Below are positions 35,573-43,935 of a stretch of DNA of 64,000 nucleotides, one piece after another. The translations under genes and the position numbers were made by a program. The notes beneath the pieces were generated by a model. The model made no database searches and was not told the DNA's origin. It saw only the letters and a list, made by a program, of their open reading frames with translations. This DNA comes from an uncultured bacterium (GTDB taxonomy: Bacteria; Patescibacteriota; Patescibacteriia; 2-12-FULL-60-25): contig CALFEO010000002.1 of assembly GCA_937949995.1 (NCBI GenBank), forward strand, positions 1,090 to 65,089, written 5' to 3'. Each line of letters opens with the position of its first letter. The first letter of the stretch is position 1.

Positions 35573-36651
35573 CCTATCCTAATATTTGGGCTATTGCCGA
35601 CCAGGTGGACGCCGCGGATTTGAATGACTCAATATACAATCCGGCTTATACGTACGGCGAGAGCATTGTGGCCGGTGATGGATTGTATCTCAAAGCCTCG
35701 GACGGGAAAGTCTATAAAGCGGACGCGGATGTTCTAGCGCACGTTAAAGCATTTGTCGGCGTTGCCATTGAGGCGGGAAGTGCAGACGACGTTAAACGTA
35801 TTCTCGGACCAGGGAAAATGACAACCGGATTAAGCGGTCTCACGGCGGGAAGTCCGGTGTATCTATCCAACACAGCCGGAGGATTCAGCGCGACCGCGGG
35901 CACAATCAAGCTTGCTGTAGGTGTAGCGGTAAGTACAACCGCGTTTATTTTGATTATTCCAAATTTTGACCAGATTGCAGACTTTGCGGAACGAAACCTC
36001 GGCCAAGGAACCTCTGGGGAAGCTTTGGCTGTCGGTGAGGCCGGCTATCTCAAAGCCTCGGACGGCAAGATTTACAAGACAGACGCGGACGCGGATGAGT
36101 CGACATATTCTTTTATTGGAATTATTCAAAGTCCGGCGTCAGGCGCGGATGAAACAATTCTGTACACTAAACCAGGGGGTACGGCTGTTGGATTAACCGG
36201 TCTCACGGCCGGCGAATATCTCTTTTTATCGGGCACTGCCGGAGCCTTGGCCAATACGCCCCATGCCACACGTTACGCTAAAGTAGCGCAAGCCAAATCC
36301 ACAACCAGCGTCAGAGTTTTGGAGCCGAAGTTTATTCGTAGAGGCTCGCAATCTGTTTCGACGAACACGGATTACGTGCAAACCTGCGGATTTTATCCTG
36401 CGAAAATACACATCAGAGCAATCCTTACTTCTACAAAACGCTGGTCTCTCGGTAACGATTCCAATGACATCGCTTTTTTAAGCGACACAACCTTGGGATA
36501 TTCATCGAGTCACGCGTGGTGCGTCGGAGCAACAGCAGCCTTAAATAGGGGTACTGTCAGTGCAAAAAGCCAAACCGGCTTTACCCTAACATCAGTTAAT
36601 CGCGACGCCAGTGATGTTTATACCGTGTACTGGGAAGCTGAAAGTCTATGA
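35569..36651 (+). CDS. fibre/receptor-binding candidate with internal duplication
   Basis: Two ~110-aa repeats (GDGLYLKASDGKVYKADAD...GLSGLTAGSPVYLSNTAGG / GEAGYLKASDGKIYKTDAD...GLTGLTAGEYLFLSGTAGA). Confidence 0.5.
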   Translation: MTYPNIWAIADQVDAADLNDSIYNPAYTYGESIVAGDGLYLKASDGKVYKADADVLAHVKAFVGVAIEAGSADDVKRILGPGKMTTGLSGLTAGSPVYLSNTAGGFSATAGTIKLAVGVAVSTTAFILIIPNFDQIADFAERNLGQGTSGEALAVGEAGYLKASDGKIYKTDADADESTYSFIGIIQSPASGADETILYTKPGGTAVGLTGLTAGEYLFLSGTAGALANTPHATRYAKVAQAKSTTSVRVLEPKFIRRGSQSVSTNTDYVQTCGFYPAKIHIRAILTSTKRWSLGNDSNDIAFLSDTTLGYSSSHAWCVGATAALNRGTVSAKSQTGFTLTSVNRDASDVYTVYWEAESL

Positions 36652-37235
36652 TCACATTACAAGTCAAAGAACACCTCAATATCAAGACCGTCTATACGGC
36701 CACAATTTGTGATTTCACGAAAGCAATCGCGGAATATTACACATTGCTCAACTTCTTGAAGAAGCCACTCCCTAAGGGCAAAAACGGGCGCGAGAGGCAC
36801 CGGATGATGTATCAACACCTCAAAGACGCATATCACAAGGCGGCGGCCGTCAGGGTGGAGAAATACGTCAATCTCGCCCCTACGGCGGGGAGAGCTGTAA
36901 TAGCGCAGAGGTTATCGAACATCACCACCTACACGGGGATACTCAATTATGCGGCTTTGGGGGATGATACAACCGTGCCAACCAACGGAGATACCACTTT
37001 GGGCAACGAAACATATCGTCAGACCATTACCAGCCAAAACGCGGTTAATAATCTAAGCTACCAATCGGTTTTTATTCCGGCTGGCACAGCCACGGGAACG
37101 CACAAAGAAGCCGGATTGTTTATTGACGGCGCGGCGGGTGCTGATACAGGGCAATTATTCAGCCACGTGAATATTGACATCACGAAAAGCGCGCAAAACT
37201 CTTTGACGCTGGACATTGAAATCACACTGGCCTAG
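36648..37235 (+). CDS. tail-collar-fibre-like domain protein (paralog 2)
   Basis: ALGDDTTVPTNGDTTLGNETYRQ...HKEAGLFI...DTGQLFSHVNIDITKS..NSLTLDIEITL. Confidence 0.5.
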   Translation: MITLQVKEHLNIKTVYTATICDFTKAIAEYYTLLNFLKKPLPKGKNGRERHRMMYQHLKDAYHKAAAVRVEKYVNLAPTAGRAVIAQRLSNITTYTGILNYAALGDDTTVPTNGDTTLGNETYRQTITSQNAVNNLSYQSVFIPAGTATGTHKEAGLFIDGAAGADTGQLFSHVNIDITKSAQNSLTLDIEITLA

Positions 37236-37238
37236 CCC

Positions 37239-37417
37239 TTGACAAAATCTTAAAACTGCGTAAGGTGAATTCAGGTATTAGCGGTGATAACACTTGTGCT
37301 CTACGGAGCGTCGTCTGATTGACGATCTTGCGGACAAGTGTCTGATAAACTGCTAAGATTGTTCTGCCGTTTGACCGGTGGAAGCCCGCAAGCTGATACC
37401 GTTTAAGCGGCTTTTTT
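37239..37417 (+). promoter_or_regulatory. promoter, structured leader and terminator abutting the next start codon (attenuator-like)
   Basis: TTGACA(37239)-16-TAAGGT. Stems cacttgt/acaagtg and gtcgtc/gacgat. Terminator aagcccgc...gcggctt plus TTTTT (37382-37417), 5 nt before ATG 37423. Confidence 0.35.
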
Positions 37418-37422
37418 ATTAT

Positions 37423-37755
37423 ATGAAACTGCAAAATCTTTACTATGAAGAGGGCTTGGACGAAATAGCCATGCTTCATAACCCCAGAGGAGGGAAGCCC
37501 ATGGAAATAGGCTCGCGGACGTGGCTTAAAGACCGCGACCAGCAAATCGAGGAAGTCAAAGAATTTAGCCGTTACATGTACCATTTGGGGTACTGCACTT
37601 GCGGGCGGAGGATAGTGATAGGCGATAAGAGGGCACAGTTAATTGTCAACGCATTGGCAAAAAAGGGGATTGTCCACAGGCGACAAGGCACTCCGATTCG
37701 TGCTATGCTGGCAAAAGCGATATATAATCCACAGACAGGCGAAAACGGATATTGA
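37423..37755 (+). CDS. hypothetical protein (110 aa)
   Basis: First ATG of track ORF 37378 (GTG). MKLQNLYYEEGLDEIAML...CTCGRR; no motif. Confidence 0.45.
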   Translation: MKLQNLYYEEGLDEIAMLHNPRGGKPMEIGSRTWLKDRDQQIEEVKEFSRYMYHLGYCTCGRRIVIGDKRAQLIVNALAKKGIVHRRQGTPIRAMLAKAIYNPQTGENGY

Positions 37756-37802
37756 TAAATCGCTGAAATTAGCTAAATATAAAGACTCTTGACAGACGAA
37801 CT

Positions 37803-37976
37803 ATGACATGGCATAATGATAACAAGATAAGCGAGGCACAACACAAACAAAGAATTGAAGCAGGGAAGCGGGGAGGCATAGCGGTTGAAAAGAAATACGG
37901 ACCGAACTACTTTTCCATGATTCGCAGGGGAAGGAAGCCAAAGCAGGAACTTTTGACAAATCAAGATAAAGCATAG
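37803..37976 (+). CDS. possible small KGG-motif-like protein (57 aa)
   Basis: GKRGGIAVEKKYGPNYFSMIRRGRK resembles stress-protein KGG repeats. Below the track threshold; no SD. Confidence 0.3.
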   Translation: MTWHNDNKISEAQHKQRIEAGKRGGIAVEKKYGPNYFSMIRRGRKPKQELLTNQDKA

Positions 37977-38002
37977 GTTGGGAAGTTTTTGTTAAGTTAG
38001 AC

Positions 38003-38017
38003 GCGTCGCACAATATA
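38003..38017. other. third, partial copy of the att core
   Basis: gcgtcgcacaatata (15 of 18 nt), 50 bp upstream of attR and separated from it by hairpin ctcatgatc...gatcatgag (38031-38068). Confidence 0.55.
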
Positions 38018-38066
38018 CCGTATTTGTCGCCTCATGATCCGCTTTGGTAAGCGAAAGATGATCATG

Positions 38067-38084
38067 AGCGTCGCACAATATATG
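38067..38084. other. putative attR core
   Basis: agcgtcgcacaatatatg, identical to 6571-6588. Confidence 0.65.
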
Positions 38085-38270
38085 TTATAAGACCCATCGT
38101 GTAGATAATTTCGCTTAATGAAGCAAAATCAGCTAATCTTAGCCAACGATAGTCTTATAACATATCGTGGATTTTACAACACTTTCAATTCCCTTCAATC
38201 GTCGTAAAATCCACTCCAAGCAACACGGTCTGCTTTCGTTTATAGCCTATGGCTATAAACGTAAACTTAA

Positions 38271-38312
38271 GTAACCAGCTAGTGGCTGGAAGCTGGTAGC
38301 TAGTAGCTTTTT
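38271..38312. repeat. family D word-repeat (gctagt/gctggt)
   Basis: agctagtggctggaagctggtagctagtagc plus T-run. The first host-type repeat after the prophage. Relatives at 48871-48922, 56033-56077 and 57781-57816. Confidence 0.65.
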
Positions 38313-38455
38313 TGGCTTATTTAAGCTAAAAAATAAAACAAGCCTCAAAATTGCGTTCTAAGCGCCGCCACCCCTTCCCAGGTCTTATGTGACCTGTAAC
38401 TCGATAAAAAATGTCAGATACTACGTTTAACGTTTGACGTTAGACATTCGACGAT

Positions 38456-39304
38456 TCATTTGTAATAGATCCTCCCCGGTATCCTTACATCTACATATTC
38501 TTGAATATCATCCCAAGCCGGTTTGGTTTGAATAAATTGCCTTAAAGTATCAATTTGCGCTTCTAAAGAAATATCTTCATCCATAATCACATCTTTATTT
38601 TCTTTCAAAATAATATGCAATATGCCGGGTTCACTATCATTTATCTGTATCGCTTTAAACCAAATACCTGAATTACGTAATTTTTCGGCCAAATCAAGCC
38701 ATCCTCGAACTATATTTGTGTCCGTATACTTTAAACCGATTTCATAATCGGTTGAAGTTGGCATAATAACAAAAATTTCTTTTAGAGAATCAACGGGAAC
38801 GGAACTTGATAAAAATTCTCGTGTTGTTGAAACTGTAGTTTGATCCGCATAGTCTGTGATCACGCCATAATCATCAACGATATATATTTTGTTTCTTGTC
38901 ACCAAAATCACACTCCTCTGCCGTTCCTTAATCTTGAGTCGTAAAATATTTGGATATATTTTGTCCACAACGGCCGATTCAATAAAAAATGTGTTCATTA
39001 GATGATCTTCCACATTTTGTTCATCAATCAAAAATATATTTCGCTTATCCTTTATCCAGCTCTCTCTTGCATCCAAAAACTTACCTATCTCCCCTGTTAC
39101 CGCATCTCTTTCCAGTACAGTCAAAGCATTAACCTCATATTCCCCTACTGAAAAATATCCCGAAAAAAATACAAACCAAAAACCTGCAATAATGATAAAC
39201 AAAACAAACAAAAAATAAGCGAGCCAAGGCCGCGGCTTTTGCCTGCCTCCCCTCCCCTTCAAAACCCCCTCCTCTATATTACCCTCCCGCTTTTTAAAAA
39301 ACAT
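38456..39304 (-). CDS. FtsQ/DivIB-like cell division protein (POTRA domain)
   Basis: N-terminal TM helix, then YFSVGEYEV...IFLIDEQNVEDHL...IESAVVDKIYPNILRLKIKERQ. Confidence 0.65.
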   Translation of the reverse strand: MFFKKREGNIEEGVLKGRGGRQKPRPWLAYFLFVLFIIIAGFWFVFFSGYFSVGEYEVNALTVLERDAVTGEIGKFLDARESWIKDKRNIFLIDEQNVEDHLMNTFFIESAVVDKIYPNILRLKIKERQRSVILVTRNKIYIVDDYGVITDYADQTTVSTTREFLSSSVPVDSLKEIFVIMPTSTDYEIGLKYTDTNIVRGWLDLAEKLRNSGIWFKAIQINDSEPGILHIILKENKDVIMDEDISLEAQIDTLRQFIQTKPAWDDIQEYVDVRIPGRIYYK

Positions 39305-39315
39305 ATACAGTTACA

Positions 39316-39424
39316 GTACGAATTACGAATCTGCGCGAATTACGAATCTGTAATTCAGCTATCATTTTATCCCAAGGGATAAAATGTAAACCATTCGTAA
39401 TTCGCGCAGATTCGTAATTCGTAC
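39316..39424. repeat. 32-bp perfect inverted repeat (family E, tacgaat words) around a small hairpin
   Basis: gtacgaattacgaatctgcgcgaattacgaat (39316-39347) is the exact reverse complement of 39393-39424. The centre holds ttttatccc-aa-gggataaaa (39365-39384). Confidence 0.85.
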
Positions 39425-39480
39425 CGTCAATCCGTACCGTAAATTCATAATTCTTAATTCATAATTCTTAATTATGTATT

Positions 39481-40500
39481 CTATAGTTTCCTCCTCCATT
39501 TCCTGATCCTCTCAACAACATAATTAAGATAATACTTTGGCGATATCGCGTAATCCTGTGCATGCAAATAAGCCTCTTCAAAACCGCCAAAACCCTTTTT
39601 AAATAGGGATAAACCGGCCCAAGGATGCTTTGGTTTATCAGGCGGAGCGATACCCCAAAAGTTATAATATTTACACCCTCGCCGCTTAGCCTCTTGTATC
39701 AATCGCCACTGTAACAATTGCGATGTTGGCACATTACCCGTATGCAACGAAGCTCCGTGATGATAGTAAGCTCCGCCGCCATCAAAAACAATCAAAGCTC
39801 CGGAAACAACCTTATCTTCATAAAGCGCGAAACCCAGAACCGCTTTATTGTTCACATTAAAAACTTCAAATTCCTTTTTTAAAAACTCTTTCGAAAAAGG
39901 TGTAAATTTTTGTCTCTGTACCGTCTCTTTATACAAATCCCAAAATCTTTCCACGTCATCAATATTATTTGATATTTCAATTTTAACACCATCTTTTTCA
40001 CCCTTGCGAATCGCATGTCTTGTCGTCTTTCGCATGTCTTGCAGTATCTGCTCATCATCTCGATTTATATCAATCATCCACGACAATTCCGGGTGTTGAT
40101 GTATGGGCGCATTTCGAAATCCCATTTTAGCGAACAAATCAGAATATTGCTGTTCATTCGGTAACAAAGTACATAATCGTACAAATGAACAACTTTTGTA
40201 CTCATCCACATCTTTCAACCTCTGCATCAATGAACCAATGCATTGCTCATAATCCAAGAAGTTTGTAACCAACGGCCCATGCGGACACAACAAAAAAGAT
40301 CCTCTTTTGGCTTTATGAAAAATAACCTGTGCCAATCCGATCAACTCTTCATCTTTATAAAATCCCCACCGATAAACCTTATGTCCGTTCAAGCTGTTAA
40401 ATTCTCCCCAACTCCAAGATTGCAAAAATGAATGCGGCTGTAAATCATGTATCTTGGACTCCCAAATTTCTTGATTATTTATCTCTTGTGTTTTTATCAT
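39481..40500 (-). CDS. FemAB-family peptidoglycan interpeptide-bridge peptidyltransferase
   Basis: FLQSWSWGEF..., two GNAT-like halves, YYHHGAS and YNFWGI motifs. Confidence 0.8.
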   Translation of the reverse strand: MIKTQEINNQEIWESKIHDLQPHSFLQSWSWGEFNSLNGHKVYRWGFYKDEELIGLAQVIFHKAKRGSFLLCPHGPLVTNFLDYEQCIGSLMQRLKDVDEYKSCSFVRLCTLLPNEQQYSDLFAKMGFRNAPIHQHPELSWMIDINRDDEQILQDMRKTTRHAIRKGEKDGVKIEISNNIDDVERFWDLYKETVQRQKFTPFSKEFLKKEFEVFNVNNKAVLGFALYEDKVVSGALIVFDGGGAYYHHGASLHTGNVPTSQLLQWRLIQEAKRRGCKYYNFWGIAPPDKPKHPWAGLSLFKKGFGGFEEAYLHAQDYAISPKYYLNYVVERIRKWRRKL

Positions 40501-41737
40501 AAAAACTTTTTACGAGCTTAGTGATTCTAAGAGCATCATTTTCGGTAATTCCAATATGAGTTGGCAAATTAACCGATCTTTCGGCTTGCGCCTCGGCATT
40601 CGGGCAACTGCCTTTTTCGTAACCTATTTTTTCATAAACGACTCCTTTTGGAGCTATAGCTTGCCTATACCAATCACCCAGCAAAACCCCTTCGGATTTT
40701 GCATAACTCAACAACCCATCCGGATCAGCAACACTCAAAAAATATCTCAAATACCCGGACAGAGCTCCACTCAAACTCTTTTGCGTAACCAAATTCAGAC
40801 CGGACAACTCTTCATCATATAAAGCACCCAGCCTCCGTCTATTTTCCAAAAATTTGGGTAATTTCAACAATTGAAAGTAAGCCAATTCAGCCAAAACATT
40901 ATTTAGTTTATGTGAAGTAAAACCCGGTTTACCGGCACAACGCTCTTCCGGATAAACGGCTTTAGCGATCAATCCGCCCTTCTTTGATAACTCGATGATT
41001 ATCTTGCCAATCGGACCTATACCGTACAATAATTTTGCCACACTGAAGATTATTGGATGCAATAACTGCTTAATGGTCCAAACATTTCCAACCATTGGCA
41101 AGTCTTCGTATAAATCACTTAATCGCTGTGCCGCCTCGGCATCTTTAACAGCGACTGCACCCCCAAAAACAGCCGACACAACCTTATCACGCCCAAAGCT
41201 GAAGATTGATGCATCTCCAAACGAACCGAGCGTCTTACCGTTAAATTCAGCTCCCAAACCATGCGCGCAATCTTCTATTACCAACAATCCAAATTCCCGA
41301 GCAAATTCCATCACCCTCTCCATATCCGCAGGATTACCAAAAGTATGTTGCACAACAATCGCTTTTGTTTTATCGGTTACTTTGCTTCTCGCATCCTCTA
41401 AAGAAATATTCAAAGTCGCACCGTCAATATCAACAAAAACCGGCTTGGCCTTTGTCCATAAAACCGAATTGGGTACCGCAACACAAGTATAAGCCTGCAC
41501 TAAAACTTCATCACCCTCTCCTATTTTCAAACTCTGCAGGGCTAATAACAAACCCGTTCTTCCACTCTCGGTTAAAAACACATTTTCATAACCCGAGTAA
41601 TCCCCTAACCAATCGTTAACTTTTTGAATGTATGCTCCTCGATTCCACTTCCACGGCTTAAACAATAAACAAAGTGCTCTGAAAACATCATCTTTTTCAG
41701 CATTTGGAGACAAACTTGTAAAAAGGATTTTCTTCAT
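40475..41737 (-). CDS. DegT/DnrJ/EryC1/StrS-family PLP-dependent aminotransferase
   Basis: EVLVQAYTCVA, VIEDCAHGLGA and SFGRDKVVS (PLP lysine) motifs. Confidence 0.85.
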   Translation of the reverse strand: MKKILFTSLSPNAEKDDVFRALCLLFKPWKWNRGAYIQKVNDWLGDYSGYENVFLTESGRTGLLLALQSLKIGEGDEVLVQAYTCVAVPNSVLWTKAKPVFVDIDGATLNISLEDARSKVTDKTKAIVVQHTFGNPADMERVMEFAREFGLLVIEDCAHGLGAEFNGKTLGSFGDASIFSFGRDKVVSAVFGGAVAVKDAEAAQRLSDLYEDLPMVGNVWTIKQLLHPIIFSVAKLLYGIGPIGKIIIELSKKGGLIAKAVYPEERCAGKPGFTSHKLNNVLAELAYFQLLKLPKFLENRRRLGALYDEELSGLNLVTQKSLSGALSGYLRYFLSVADPDGLLSYAKSEGVLLGDWYRQAIAPKGVVYEKIGYEKGSCPNAEAQAERSVNLPTHIGITENDALRITKLVKSFYDKNTRDK

Positions 41738-42672
41738 AACCTTTTTATCGATAAATTCAATTCCGCACGCAAATCCGGATCATGCGGTAATAAATACGGA
41801 TGTTGCAACAAATCAATTTTAATTTCTTGACCGTTAATTATAAATGGCAAACAACAACCGAAAGAAAAAACAATTCGGTCGCTTCCCAAATATCCAAAAG
41901 CTCCTGATTTTTTAGTTCTCCCTTGTTTAGCCAAATGTTCTACCGACGGATCCAAAGGCACGACACGCCCATCCGGTAATTTAACTTCAAGCCAAGCGTG
42001 CATGGCGCTTGTATCATAGCCGGCCCAAAAACCGGATACGATTCTGGCCTCCATGCCGTTATGAAAAGCCAAAGCTCCCAATAAACTGTCAAATCCCCCG
42101 CAATCAACTTTTTCCAAACTTAATGCTTGTAAAGCGGTATACAAACCGGGTATGGGATTGCCATAATCCAACTTTTCGACCACCTTGTCATTGAGACAGC
42201 GTAATTTGTCCAAAACATCGTCAAATTCTTTTTTGCAATCAAATTCATGATAATCATTGCTGTTTACTGTAAAATTTACATGTTTGCATAGATGCGATTT
42301 AAACAAATCATCTCGTATTGATGTGACGCGAGGAATCACCTTAACCTCAAAATTGATAACGGAATCCCGATAGCCTTGAGCATCCACCGCATCTCTGAAT
42401 AAAGCAGCCGAATTACCGTAGGCGTTATCTTTTAAAAAAACAAAATTCGCAGGCTCGAAAATCGGCTGTTTGATTATCGTTTGATAATGAGTTTCCTGGG
42501 GAATGGGTAAAACCAATTGATAATCCCTCTTTACAGCCGAATCATTTACCACTCTTACTCGATATTTAACCGAATATACCTGCTCCCTTGTATAAAAAGG
42601 AAATTTTAATTTTTCAGATATTTTTCTGCGCCAATATGCCAGTGAATTTTTTTTCATTCGGCCGCTTTCCAT
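41734..42672 (-). CDS. transglutaminase-like cysteine protease-fold protein
   Basis: Track start is TTG; ATG at 42672 (or 42657). VDCGGFDSL...HAWLEVKLPDGRVVPLDPS gives a Cys-His-Asp arrangement. Confidence 0.65.
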   Translation of the reverse strand: MESGRMKKNSLAYWRRKISEKLKFPFYTREQVYSVKYRVRVVNDSAVKRDYQLVLPIPQETHYQTIIKQPIFEPANFVFLKDNAYGNSAALFRDAVDAQGYRDSVINFEVKVIPRVTSIRDDLFKSHLCKHVNFTVNSNDYHEFDCKKEFDDVLDKLRCLNDKVVEKLDYGNPIPGLYTALQALSLEKVDCGGFDSLLGALAFHNGMEARIVSGFWAGYDTSAMHAWLEVKLPDGRVVPLDPSVEHLAKQGRTKKSGAFGYLGSDRIVFSFGCCLPFIINGQEIKIDLLQHPYLLPHDPDLRAELNLSIKRL

Positions 42673-42674
42673 AA

Positions 42675-43931
42675 TCAACCTATGGCATCAAAACCGCAAT
42701 ACGGAATCAAAACATCGGGTATTTTAATGGTTCCATCCTCTTGCTGCCAATTCTCCAATATGGCGATCATGGCTCTGGGAGTTGCTACCACTGTTCCGTT
42801 TAAAGTATGAACCAAGCCTTTATTTCCTTCGTTATCTTTATACTTTATATTCAATCCGCGCGCTTGATAATCTATGCAATTCGAAGTTGATGTGACTTCT
42901 CCATATGCTCCCTTGCCTTCATTTCTGCCCCACATCCACGCCTCAATATCATACCTGCGGTAATCCGAAGCACCCAAATCACCCGTCGCGCAATCAACCA
43001 CTTGATACGGAATTCCCAAGCTTTGCCAAAATCTTTCTTCCAAAGATAAAAACTCGGCATGAATGGCTTCAGATTGTTCGGGCAATGCAAAAGCGAACAT
43101 TTCGACTTTGGAAAATTGGTGCACTCTGTATAAACCATATGACTCTCGCCCGTAAGAACCGGATTCGGTTCTGAAACAATGCGAAAAAGCTACGTATTTT
43201 TTGGGTAATTCCGCCGCATGCAATGTTTCATTCATATGATAACCCAACATTGTGATTTCCGAAGTTCCCACCAAAGCCAAATCTGTTCCATCAATGTAAT
43301 AAACATTCTTCTCCGGACCTCTGGGCAAAAACCCTTTACCCAACAAAACCTCTTCCTTGGCCAAATCCGGAGTTGTAATAAACTCAAAACCCTCGCGCAT
43401 CGCAAAATCAACTCCGTAACGAATCAAAGCCTGCTCCAAAACGGCCAATTTATTTTTCAAAAAATAAAACTTGGCTCCAACAACCTTTGAACCTCGTTCA
43501 AAATCAATCAAATCATGTTTTTCCGATAACTGCAGATGATTTAACGGCTTTTCAATTTTAACCGGTTCGCCAAATGTTTTTATTACCGCATTATCCTCAT
43601 CTCCATTACCCAAAGGAACTTCCCGATGAGTCATGTTGGGGATTCTTCTCAACAAATCATCCCTTTTTTCAATCAAGCTTGATAATTTTTCTTCTTTTTC
43701 CGCAATCTCACCTTTCAACTCTTTGCCTCTTGCGATTACCGCCTCTTCCGGAGGATTCCCCTGGGCCGAAAGCTTATTGCGTTCTGATCTTAAAACCTCA
43801 ATCTCTTGCAATAAATTCGTATAATCTTGATCCAGTTTCAATAACCCATCAATATCAACATCCGCACGTCTTGCTGTGCAATTATTTTTTACTGCATCAG
43901 GATTCTCGCGTAAATATTTAATATCAATCAT
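42675..43931 (-). CDS. serS: seryl-tRNA synthetase
   Basis: MIDIKYLRENPD start (ATG 43931, just after the greA stop), coiled-coil arm, class II motifs (FRTESGS.GR...RVHQF, GTVVATPR). Confidence 0.9.
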   Translation of the reverse strand: MIDIKYLRENPDAVKNNCTARRADVDIDGLLKLDQDYTNLLQEIEVLRSERNKLSAQGNPPEEAVIARGKELKGEIAEKEEKLSSLIEKRDDLLRRIPNMTHREVPLGNGDEDNAVIKTFGEPVKIEKPLNHLQLSEKHDLIDFERGSKVVGAKFYFLKNKLAVLEQALIRYGVDFAMREGFEFITTPDLAKEEVLLGKGFLPRGPEKNVYYIDGTDLALVGTSEITMLGYHMNETLHAAELPKKYVAFSHCFRTESGSYGRESYGLYRVHQFSKVEMFAFALPEQSEAIHAEFLSLEERFWQSLGIPYQVVDCATGDLGASDYRRYDIEAWMWGRNEGKGAYGEVTSTSNCIDYQARGLNIKYKDNEGNKGLVHTLNGTVVATPRAMIAILENWQQEDGTIKIPDVLIPYCGFDAIG

Positions 43932-43935
43932 AAAA

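Larger units (their letters stand above)
6571..38084 (+). mobile_element. integrated siphovirus-type prophage (~31.5 kb), all genes co-oriented
   Basis: 18-bp direct repeat agcgtcgcacaatatatg at both ends. Inside are Erf, replication initiator, HNH, TerS/TerL, portal, protease, capsid, connectors, tail, lysis, chaperone, TMP and fibres. Host-type word repeats stop at ~6.43 kb and resume at ~38.27 kb. Confidence 0.8.

Noticed and set aside
24581-37235. Diversity-generating retroelement targeting the fibre/CBM genes
   Set aside because: There is no reverse transcriptase ORF. By eye, no template/variable repeat pair exists between the non-coding gaps and the 3' ends of candidate target genes.
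37222-37584. Minus-strand ORF 37222..37584, considered as a possible lysogeny (repressor/integrase remnant) gene
   Set aside because: The translation has no HTH or recombinase features. It overlaps the better + strand ORF 37423..37755 and the promoter/terminator signals on the + strand.
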